The notes beneath the pieces are model-generated. The model was not told where the DNA came from and made no database searches. It worked only from the letters and a program-made list of their open reading frames with translations. A DNA stretch of 64,000 bases, taken from positions 200 through 64,199 of the forward strand of contig CALRNG020000001.1 in NCBI GenBank assembly GCA_943369495.1, in the 5' to 3' direction. Both the position numbers and the translations under genes were made by a program. Below are positions 30,282 through 37,878 of the stretch, one piece after another. Every line of letters begins with the position of its first letter. Position 1 is the first letter of the stretch. This DNA is from Rhizobium sp. Q54 (GTDB lineage: Bacteria; Pseudomonadota; Alphaproteobacteria; Azospirillales; Azospirillaceae).

Positions 30282-30306
30282 TCGGGACTCTACTCGCGCC
30301 CCTCCC
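30280..30306 (+). repeat. Downstream iteron; 27-bp exact repeat of 29058-29084
   Basis: AGTCGGGACTCTACTCGCGCCCCTCCC overlapping the repA stop codon. Confidence 0.85.
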
Positions 30307-30311
30307 TGTCT

Positions 30312-31457
30312 TCAACGCACCCGCATCCAGAAAGAGCCCCCCCGGCCATTGTGGAACGTGGCCGGCAGCAGGTCATTGACAGCGGGCAGGTCGGCTGTAA
30401 AGGCGCCGGGCCAGAGAATGTCATAGCGGGTCTGACCGGCCAGCAGCAGGGCTGCCAGCAGATATTGCTCATTATAAAGCCGGCCCAGCCAATCGGGCGG
30501 ATAGTCGTAGGGCAGGAAGATGTCGTGGATATGCACGATGACGCCCGAGGCCAGCTCCGGCAGGATTTCCGTGAAGAAAACGGTGACATCGCTGTTCTGG
30601 AAGGAGCGGTGGGAACCGTCAAAGAACAGGATGTCACCGGCCTGAAGGCCCGTGAACAAGCCGATATCCGCCTGTTCCAGGCCGCAGCGGGTGATCTGAT
30701 CGCAAAGCGTGTCGATCTCGGCCCTGGGTTCAGGATCGATGCTGTGCAGATGGGTGCCGGTCGCAAAACGGGTGATGGCCCAGCGGGCAAAGCGCGTAGA
30801 CATGCCCGACCCGATTTCCAGCAACCGGGCCGGGCGATGGCGGGCCAGCATGGCGCAGAGCATGCCAGCGTCACAGGAGAAGAACCAGGCATTGTCCCAC
30901 CAGGGCAGTTCCGGGTGGGCCGTATCCTCGCTATGCCCGATCATGGCCAGGTCTGGCGCAATGCGGGCCAAGTCACTGGCGGCCGCCCGGTAATCCCCGG
31001 CGGCCAGCAGGGCGGCCAGACGTGGATGGGCGGGCGCACCATAGCCATGGCGCACACGCGGGGCCGGTGGATAATCGATCTGGATCACATCGCCCCGCCG
31101 CCAGAACCGGCCCAGATAATCGAGATTGGTCTGGGCATAGGTATGGCCCGGGGCCAGTTCCAGGGCTTTCTCCAGCGCGTCCCCGGATTCCGGCATGCGG
31201 TTCAGCAGGCGCAAGGTCGTACCCAGATGCGCCCAGGCATCAGCATTGGCTGGATCATGGGCCAGCACCTGGCGGAGAACCTGTTCAGCCTGAAACGGTC
31301 TGGCATGAGCGCGCAGCGTGATGGCGTGGCCGATAAGCGCGCGGGGATCGCCAGGGGCCATTTCAACAGCACACTGGAACAGTTTCGTCGCTTCCGGCAG
31401 GCGACCACCTGCTGCCAGCGCCGCGTACCCATCGGCAAGGATACGGTCCAGGGTCAT
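30312..31457 (-). CDS. TPR + class I SAM methyltransferase (Methyltransf_24-like)
   Basis: About three TPRs, then 'LLEIGSGMST', 'LFFDGSH', 'HIHDIFLPYDYP', 'NEQYLL'. Confidence 0.85.
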   Translation of the reverse strand: MTLDRILADGYAALAAGGRLPEATKLFQCAVEMAPGDPRALIGHAITLRAHARPFQAEQVLRQVLAHDPANADAWAHLGTTLRLLNRMPESGDALEKALELAPGHTYAQTNLDYLGRFWRRGDVIQIDYPPAPRVRHGYGAPAHPRLAALLAAGDYRAAASDLARIAPDLAMIGHSEDTAHPELPWWDNAWFFSCDAGMLCAMLARHRPARLLEIGSGMSTRFARWAITRFATGTHLHSIDPEPRAEIDTLCDQITRCGLEQADIGLFTGLQAGDILFFDGSHRSFQNSDVTVFFTEILPELASGVIVHIHDIFLPYDYPPDWLGRLYNEQYLLAALLLAGQTRYDILWPGAFTADLPAVNDLLPATFHNGRGGSFWMRVR

Positions 31458-31471
31458 AGCATGGTTCTCCT

Positions 31472-33016
31472 TCAGCCCGGCAACGCCGTGTAGAGGCGGA
31501 TATGCGGGGTGGCATTATGGATCTGGACGGCGCCAAGCGCCCGCAAGGTCGCGCTCATGACATCCACATATTCGCTGGCGATGATGAAGACACCGTCGCG
31601 CAGATGGTCGGGCGGCAGATCGGCAGGGTGCAGCAGGGGCAGGCCAAAGGCCATGCCGGTGGCATTACTGTCTAGAAAGGCCGTCACCGAGAGGTGGGCA
31701 TGTTTCGAGACCTCGCCGAGCACAATGCGCCCACCCTTGCTGCTGCCATAGATGTAGACAGGGCGACCGCCAGGCAGAGCATGAAAGTCGGCAGGACGGG
31801 TCAAGAGGGGCAGGTCAGCCGGTACTGCGCCCTGTCCCCAGGCAGGGGCCAGGGGAAGGTCAGCCCGGTCACCATAGCGCAGTGTGGCGATGACAGGATC
31901 CAGCCTTTCGCGATCATCTATACGGAGTCTGGCCTCGATCCGGCCATCGCCGGTGAAGGCTGTGTTATCGCTTCCGCCCTGCCGCCAGTGGAAATCCGTG
32001 CTGACGCGCCAGGAAGAAGCAAAGGGCGCCACACGCATCAGACGCCGGAGCAGCCAGGTGTCCTCGGTGACGTCCAAAGCCGGATCAGGGCCAATGGCCG
32101 GTATCAGGAAGGATGGCGCCAGGAAGGCGCTGGAATGCACGGCCAGGTTCCAGGCCAGGAAGGCGCTGCGGTCGGGCGGCGGCAGGACATGGAAGGCGCG
32201 ATGTTCAAAGAAAGGATCGGCGGGTGGCGTCGGCCCGGTTGCATCGTCCCAAACCTGCACCGATCCGGCGATGGCGACAGAACCGGCCAGCGCCAGGGGG
32301 GCAAGGCTGGCGACATGGTTGGGATGCAGCGCGTCGTCATCGTCCAGCATGCCGAACAGATCGGCCTCTACCGACCGCAGGCCGGCCCACAGGCAGGTGC
32401 TGCGGGTCACGGGGGCGGGCACGTCGATCAGGTCGAGGCGGCGGAAGTGCGGGCGCTGACGCTCCATCTCCGCCTCCAGCCCCGGCACGGGCGCGTAGCG
32501 GACCAGGATGACGCCGATGCCAGGGGCCGTCTGGGCTGCCAGACTGTCCAGGCAGCGGCGGATGAAGCCGATATCGCGGCCGCCGACCCGCACGACATAA
32601 TCGACCGACGGGCCGGTGGCGGCGGGGATGAAGCCCGATGTCGCGCGGATCTCCGCCAGCAGGCTGGCCAGCAGGTCGGGTGCCAGCCCATCGCTGGGCA
32701 GGATGTGGGGCGCGCGGTCGGTGGCGGCCAGGATGTCGGTCAGGAACCGGGCCTGAGCCGGGCTGTCGACGATGAACCCGTCATGGGACAGAAGGCAATC
32801 CAGGCGGCGGCGGTCGCGACGCAGCAGGTCGGGATCATCGCGCAGCCAGCCCAGCCAGGGATGGCCCGTGCGTTTGGCATCGGCGGCATCGGCGGCGATC
32901 ACCAGATCGGGGGCCAGGTCCGTCAGCTGGCGCGACAAGGTGCAGACAGGCCCGTCCCAGCCGGCGGGAACCGGCAGACCGGCGGGATTGAACAGGGCAA
33001 AGCGGCCCGTGCTCAC
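31472..33016 (-). CDS. GT2-like glycosyltransferase with C-terminal Rossmann-like domain
   Basis: 'FGMLDDDDALHPNH', 'TEDTWL'; C-terminal 'VYIYGSSKGG...AFLDS...FIIASEY'. GTG start after GGAGG. Confidence 0.75.
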   Translation of the reverse strand: MSTGRFALFNPAGLPVPAGWDGPVCTLSRQLTDLAPDLVIAADAADAKRTGHPWLGWLRDDPDLLRRDRRRLDCLLSHDGFIVDSPAQARFLTDILAATDRAPHILPSDGLAPDLLASLLAEIRATSGFIPAATGPSVDYVVRVGGRDIGFIRRCLDSLAAQTAPGIGVILVRYAPVPGLEAEMERQRPHFRRLDLIDVPAPVTRSTCLWAGLRSVEADLFGMLDDDDALHPNHVASLAPLALAGSVAIAGSVQVWDDATGPTPPADPFFEHRAFHVLPPPDRSAFLAWNLAVHSSAFLAPSFLIPAIGPDPALDVTEDTWLLRRLMRVAPFASSWRVSTDFHWRQGGSDNTAFTGDGRIEARLRIDDRERLDPVIATLRYGDRADLPLAPAWGQGAVPADLPLLTRPADFHALPGGRPVYIYGSSKGGRIVLGEVSKHAHLSVTAFLDSNATGMAFGLPLLHPADLPPDHLRDGVFIIASEYVDVMSATLRALGAVQIHNATPHIRLYTALPG

Positions 33017-33048
33017 CGTTTCCTCCGCCGCTTCGCTTGCCGGCCCGC

Positions 33049-33276
33049 TCACAAACCATTGCCGGCGACCGTGCCGTCCTTGCGCCGAGACAGCTGCACC
33101 TGGCCCTCCACGCATTTGACATAGGTGGTCTTGCCGAGCGCCAGATTGTCACAAATGGTGATCAAAGCGCGGGGCAGGGAGACGAACTCCTTCGACCCGC
33201 GCACCCCGGCATTGTAGGTGGCCAGATAGGTCTTCAGGGCGGGCTTGGTCACGGGCTGGCCGTTCTGGTCAATCAT
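33049..33276 (-). CDS. Small hypothetical protein (75 aa)
   Basis: Fills the gap upstream of the GT2 gene on the same strand; non-shadow amino-acid composition; no recognised motif. Confidence 0.45.
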   Translation of the reverse strand: MIDQNGQPVTKPALKTYLATYNAGVRGSKEFVSLPRALITICDNLALGKTTYVKCVEGQVQLSRRKDGTVAGNGL

Positions 33277-33357
33277 TGCGCGAAAGGCTCCGGGTGGATG
33301 GCGGGCCTGATCATGGAGCAGGGCGGGGGGGAAGGGCCAGCCCTGATTGGATGCGCA

Positions 33358-33386
33358 TTGACGTGTGTATCAACCATACACATAGT
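33358..33386 (+). promoter_or_regulatory. Putative ccdAB promoter/operator
   Basis: TTGACG-17 bp-CATAGT with inverted repeat TGTGTAT-N5-ATACACA in the spacer. Confidence 0.6.
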
Positions 33387-33413
33387 TCAAGGGCATCAAC
33401 CAGGAAGGCCAGC

Positions 33414-33653
33414 ATGACGCGAGAGACGGCGGGTGTGCGTCAGCGCACCAATGTGACCTTGCCAGAAGCGCTGCTGCGTGAGGCACGCCAACTCAACATC
33501 AACCTGTCGCAGGCCTGTGAGCGCGGCTTGTCTGCCGTCGTTCTGGAAATGAAGGCGGCGCAATGGCAGCAGGAAAATCAGGCGGCCATGGATGCCTGGA
33601 ACGCCCATGTCGAGGAAAAGGGGTTGCCGCTCGCCGAATACAGGCAGTTCTGA
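33414..33653 (+). CDS. ccdA: CcdA family antitoxin
   Basis: 'RQRTNVTL...ARQLNINLSQACE...WQQENQAAMDAWN..VEEKGLPLAEYRQF'. Confidence 0.9.
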   Translation: MTRETAGVRQRTNVTLPEALLREARQLNINLSQACERGLSAVVLEMKAAQWQQENQAAMDAWNAHVEEKGLPLAEYRQF

Positions 33654-33955
33654 TGGCGCGTTTCGATGTCCATGCCATGCCCGGGCAGCGGCCCGGTTAC
33701 CTTCTGGATGTGCAGGCCAACCTGCTGGACCGGCTGGATACAAGGGTTGTCGTCCCCCTGTTTCCAGAGAAGGAAGCACCACCGCCCATGATGGGCCTGA
33801 ACCCGGTATTCGATCTCCGGGGGCAACGCTATGTCATGTTCACCCAGTCCATCGCCACCCTGCGGCGGCGGGATCTGGGCAAGGCCGTTCTGTCGCTTGA
33901 TGACCAGCATCAGCGGATCACGAACGCCCTGGACATGCTGTTGACCGGATACTGA
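33653..33955 (+). CDS. ccdB: CcdB family toxin
   Basis: 'MARFDVH', 'YLLDVQANLL', 'TRVVVPL', 'ITNALDMLLTGY'; TGATG coupling with ccdA. Confidence 0.9.
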   Translation: MARFDVHAMPGQRPGYLLDVQANLLDRLDTRVVVPLFPEKEAPPPMMGLNPVFDLRGQRYVMFTQSIATLRRRDLGKAVLSLDDQHQRITNALDMLLTGY

Positions 33956-33965
33956 GGCAAGAACT

Positions 33966-33989
33966 GATATCAAAAAGCTATCTGATATC
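33966..33989 (+). repeat. 24-bp parS-like motif copy
   Basis: GATATC-AAAAA-GCTATC-T-GATATC inside inverted repeat GAACTGATATC...GATATCAGTTC (33961-33994). Confidence 0.6.
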
Positions 33990-35703
33990 AGTTCTGGACG
34001 ACCCGCCCCGCCGCCAGTTCCAGGACCCGGTCGGCGGCGCGGCGGGTCGCCTCGCGGTGGGTGACGGCCAGGATGGTCAGTTTGCCGCGCAGCCGGTCGA
34101 GCGTTTCCAGCACCAGTGCCTCCGACCCGCCATCCAGGGCCGAGGTGGCCTCATCCAGGATCAGCAGGCGGGGGCGGCGCAGCAAGGCACGGGCGATGGC
34201 GAGGCGTTGGCGTTCCCCACCGGAAACCGAATTGCCCCGGTCACCGACGATGGTATCCAGCCCCTGGGGCAGGGCGCGCACGAAGAGGGCGGCGCCGGCA
34301 TCCTCCAGCGCGGTCCAGAGGGCGGCCTCCGTCGCTTGCGGATCGGCCAGCAGCAGATTGGCCCGGATCGTGTCATGGAACAGGAACGGGTCCTGCGGCA
34401 CGACGGCCACCTGACGGCGCCAGGCGGACAGGCGCTCGGGGGTCAGGACATGTCCATCGACCGCTATCGTGCCGGCAGTCGGCAGCGTCAGTCCCGATAC
34501 CAGATCCGCGAGACTGGATTTACCCGCCCCCGATGGGCCGGTAACGGCCAGCAGGATGTTGCAGGGCAGGTCGAGGTCAATGCCCTCCAAGGCCAGGCGC
34601 CCATCGGGCATGCGCAGGCTGACGCCTTGCAGGGCAAGGTGGTGGGAAAAGGGGGGCAGGTCGGACCCGGCCGGTGGTTCCGCCCCGGCCCGCAGCCGGT
34701 CGCGCATCTGTTCATAAAGCCCCACGGCGGGCAGGGCGCTTTCCAGCTGCCGCCAGACCCGCATGCCGCCCAGTCCCCGCTGCGCCAGACGCGCGAAAGC
34801 CAGGATCACTACCAGGGCCTCGCTCAAAGGCTGGTCCAGCCACAGGGCTGCCGTCGCCACGGCCAGGGCCGCCAGCCCCGCTGCTGTCAGCATCAGGGCG
34901 GCCTGTTCATAGGCCATGATGCGGGCATGGCGGGCCTGGAGATGGCGCAGATCGGCAAAATGCTGGGACAGGACACCCTGTCGAACCTTCTCGGCCCCCA
35001 GCCCCTTGATGATGCGCAGGCCCGCCAGATCATCGCTCAGGTCGGCCATCATCGCCTGCTGCGCCCGGCCCAGGCGCACCCCGATATCAAAGCCGCTTTT
35101 CCCGATGCGCCGGATCAGCAGCAGCGCCAGCAGGGCGGCTGCCAGGGTGGCCAGGGTCAGAGGCGGTGACAGCAGCAGGGCCGCCAGCAGCAGGGTGGGC
35201 AGGGTCAGGGCCGCAATGCCGAGATTGACCAGCGCGTCATGGCACAGGCCCAGACGGTTCACCTCGATCGTCAGGATCTGCTTCACATCACTGGCGCGCA
35301 GCGTCTGGAATATCGGCCAGCAGACATGCAGCAGGGCCTTATGCAGGTCGCTGCGCAAGCCATCCACGAAGCGGTTGCGCTGGTCATTGCCGATGATGGA
35401 GCGCGCGGCGGTCACAGCGGCGGCGGCGGCGACCAGCAGCAGATAAAGCCCCAGCCCCCCCAGCAAGGGGCCGGCGGCCCGCGACCCGCCACCGCCCACC
35501 CCCACTACCTCCAGCACGGGCACCAGCAGCAGCAGCCCCGCCCCTTCGGCCAGCGTGGCGGCCAGCCCCAGGCCCAGCAGCAGTGCCCCCCGTCGCCGCC
35601 CATAGGAGGCGGCCAGCAGGGCCAGCAGGCGGCGGGCGGTGGCAGGGGCTGTCAGGGCGGGTGACGGCATGGGGGCCAGCAGGACGGTTGGGCGGGGGAT
35701 CAT
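33988..35703 (-). CDS. ABC exporter (fused TMD+NBD), putative lasso peptide transporter
   Basis: Hydrophobic N-terminal half; 'GPSGAGKS', 'VSGGERQR', 'ILDEATS'. No C39 domain; divergent from the lasso B2 gene. Confidence 0.88.
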   Translation of the reverse strand: MIPRPTVLLAPMPSPALTAPATARRLLALLAASYGRRRGALLLGLGLAATLAEGAGLLLLVPVLEVVGVGGGGSRAAGPLLGGLGLYLLLVAAAAAVTAARSIIGNDQRNRFVDGLRSDLHKALLHVCWPIFQTLRASDVKQILTIEVNRLGLCHDALVNLGIAALTLPTLLLAALLLSPPLTLATLAAALLALLLIRRIGKSGFDIGVRLGRAQQAMMADLSDDLAGLRIIKGLGAEKVRQGVLSQHFADLRHLQARHARIMAYEQAALMLTAAGLAALAVATAALWLDQPLSEALVVILAFARLAQRGLGGMRVWRQLESALPAVGLYEQMRDRLRAGAEPPAGSDLPPFSHHLALQGVSLRMPDGRLALEGIDLDLPCNILLAVTGPSGAGKSSLADLVSGLTLPTAGTIAVDGHVLTPERLSAWRRQVAVVPQDPFLFHDTIRANLLLADPQATEAALWTALEDAGAALFVRALPQGLDTIVGDRGNSVSGGERQRLAIARALLRRPRLLILDEATSALDGGSEALVLETLDRLRGKLTILAVTHREATRRAADRVLELAAGRVVQN

Positions 35704-35777
35704 GAGCCCGGCCGGCGTGGGAACGCCAGCCCCTTGTTGCAGGCTTCGGGTCCTGGCGTTCTGGTCGGTCCGGTCCT

Positions 35778-36230
35778 ATGGTGCCCGTTGGAGCAGCAGG
35801 GACGGGGATCATGGTGGTCGGTCGGCTACGCAGACTGGAGGCGGCCTTGGCGCTGATACTGGCCTGGATGCTGGTCTTTCTGGTGCCGCTGCGCCTGCTG
35901 GGAACTGTGAACGCCCCTGGTGCCCGACCGGAGAGCCCTGACGATCCCCGCTTCCTGGCGCGGGCCCAGAGCGTGGCGCGGCGTGCCGACCGGGTCGCAG
36001 ACCGGCTGCCCTGGCGCAGTACCTGTCTGGTCCGGGCCGTGGCCGTCTGGCTGCTGTTGCGCCGGCGCGGCAGCCGGGGAGCGGCGATCCGGCTTGGCGT
36101 GCGCAGACAGGACGGTCTTCTGCAGGCCCATGCCTGGCTGCTGCTGCACGGCACCATCCTGACCGGCGGGGAGGAGGCGGATGGCTATGTGCCACTGGCT
36201 GACTTTTCGGTTGACCGGAAACAGTTCTAG
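35778..36230 (+). CDS. Lasso peptide leader peptidase B2 (transglutaminase-like)
   Basis: 'STCLVRAVA...IRLGV...AHAWL' Cys-His signature; alternative start 35811. Confidence 0.88.
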   Translation: MVPVGAAGTGIMVVGRLRRLEAALALILAWMLVFLVPLRLLGTVNAPGARPESPDDPRFLARAQSVARRADRVADRLPWRSTCLVRAVAVWLLLRRRGSRGAAIRLGVRRQDGLLQAHAWLLLHGTILTGGEEADGYVPLADFSVDRKQF

Positions 36231-36271
36231 CTTTCAGTTCGTCCAAGCGCCGGGCTGGCAGTCGCCAGCCT

Positions 36272-36423
36272 CCAATCCGACAAAGGTCAAACCTTCGGCG
36301 GATTGGTATAATACCAGCGGCTTGAAATACTGACAGGTCAGCATTTCAAGCTTCGGCGGCATGGGCCGCCGCCGCGCCAGTCGGCGCGGATACTAACGGT
36401 CAAAATTTTTGACCGTTAGTATA
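36272..36423. repeat. Two adjacent hairpin-ended intergenic repeats
   Basis: CCAATCCG...CGGATTGGTAT hairpin, then ATACCAGCGGCTTGAAATACTGAC/GTCAGCATTTCAAGC ... ATACTAACGGTCAAAATTTTTGACCGTTAGTAT. Confidence 0.75.
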
Positions 36424-37083
36424 ATGATCTTCAGGCGCCGATCCCCGGGCGCGGTAATGGGCCAGCAGGTGAGGGCACAGGCTTTCCAGCGCTTCCTCCA
36501 GGCCGGGCGGGCGCTTCTGATCCCGGAACCGGTCGGTCAGGCCCTTGGTCCGGGCATTGCCGAAGACCACCTCCATCTCCTCCTGCAAGGCGGGTTCCGC
36601 CGCCCAGAGGCTGCCGAGCAACTCATCATAGGAGCGGCGGAACTGGAAATAATCCTCTGTGATGGGCCAGTCGAGGGCGGCCATGGTGGCCAGAATGGCG
36701 GGGTCGCGGGCCACCAGATCCTCGTAATGGATGACGGCGTCGAACCGGTCGCGCGCCAGGAACAGCCCTTCCAGAATCTGGAATTTCTCATGCATGAGGC
36801 CGCTGTAATGGCGGTAGGGCTTGGTGCGCAGGCTGGCGTAATTGTCGCGCGGGTCGCGCAGCAACAGCACGGTACGGTCGGGGCGGAACCGCTCCACATG
36901 CACCGCCAGGGGATAGGCCGTGGTGATCACGGCCTTGGCCACGAAATCCAGGGACGTCGTCACGCGCGGGGCTGCGAAATTGTTGGGAATATCGACCAGC
37001 GCCACGCAGCCTGGCCGTTGTGCCAGCACCTGGGTGAAGGCGGTGGCACCGCTGGACTGCATGCCATGGACCAGCAATCTCAT
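36400..37083 (-). CDS. Sulfotransferase-like P-loop protein
   Basis: 'HGMQSSGAT', 'LLRDPRDNYAS', 'IHYEDLV'; start overlaps the upstream stop. Confidence 0.7.
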   Translation of the reverse strand: MRLLVHGMQSSGATAFTQVLAQRPGCVALVDIPNNFAAPRVTTSLDFVAKAVITTAYPLAVHVERFRPDRTVLLLRDPRDNYASLRTKPYRHYSGLMHEKFQILEGLFLARDRFDAVIHYEDLVARDPAILATMAALDWPITEDYFQFRRSYDELLGSLWAAEPALQEEMEVVFGNARTKGLTDRFRDQKRPPGLEEALESLCPHLLAHYRARGSAPEDHYTNGQKF

Positions 37084-37874
37084 GTCGGCTCTCCGGCGCC
37101 GGTCAGCCAGTCCCTGTTGATCTCGGCGGTGATGAAGACATAGCGGCGGGTATGCGGCGTGGGCCAGCGCATCCCGACCCCGTGCAGGGCGTGGATGTTC
37201 TGCGGGAACAACACCAGCTGATTGGCGCGGTAGGGGATGCGCGCCACTTCCTCCACCGCCGTTTCCGGCAGCTGCTCGACAAAGGGTGAGGTGGCTACCA
37301 CCCCGTCCCGCCAGCGATAGAGGCACAGTTCGCCGCCCTGGCTGTCATCTTCCGGCGCGCGCAGGTAGAACAGGCCCGAGAACAGCCGGTTGGGCGTGTC
37401 CAGATGGGGACCCCGCGCGCGGGACGGTCCGTCCCGCACAGGCGTGTTGATTTCCAGCCTTGCATCCTGGCGGATCTCCAGCCCCGTGGCCGCAGGAGGC
37501 TGTGTCAGGTCGTACAGGCTGGTCGGATGGCCCGTCAGGCGACCGCCGAGCGCCGCCAGCATGGAAGGCTGCCAGTAGCCGTCGAACAGGGTCGCCACTT
37601 CCGCCAGGAAGTCCGGGCTGGTGTGGTAAGCCGCGAAGCGTTTCCAGCCGTCAGGCACGTCGTCCAGCATCGCCAGCATGCGGGCCGGCAGCACATAGCG
37701 GCGGTTGCCGCGCCCCCGGTCACTGGACAGGCCGGGGGCGATGCGACCGGGTGCCGGGAAGCCGGCGGCCAGTTCCGCATAGAACCTTGCCTCCAGTACA
37801 TCGGGAATGACGATATGGGGAAAGGGGTCGGTGCGGATATCAGCATGCGTCACATGGGCGAGCAGTGAACGCAT
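37080..37874 (-). CDS. 2OG-Fe(II) oxygenase
   Basis: 'DPFPHIVI', 'GPHLD' (HxD), 'GGEL', 'ALHGV', 'RRYVFI'. Confidence 0.82.
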   Translation of the reverse strand: MRSLLAHVTHADIRTDPFPHIVIPDVLEARFYAELAAGFPAPGRIAPGLSSDRGRGNRRYVLPARMLAMLDDVPDGWKRFAAYHTSPDFLAEVATLFDGYWQPSMLAALGGRLTGHPTSLYDLTQPPAATGLEIRQDARLEINTPVRDGPSRARGPHLDTPNRLFSGLFYLRAPEDDSQGGELCLYRWRDGVVATSPFVEQLPETAVEEVARIPYRANQLVLFPQNIHALHGVGMRWPTPHTRRYVFITAEINRDWLTGAGEPT

Positions 37875-37878
37875 GCGG

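Noticed and set aside
33988-35703. T1SS ATPase for the RTX protein
   Set aside because: No adjacent HlyD/TolC and no C39-like domain; context favours a peptide exporter, though this is not excluded.
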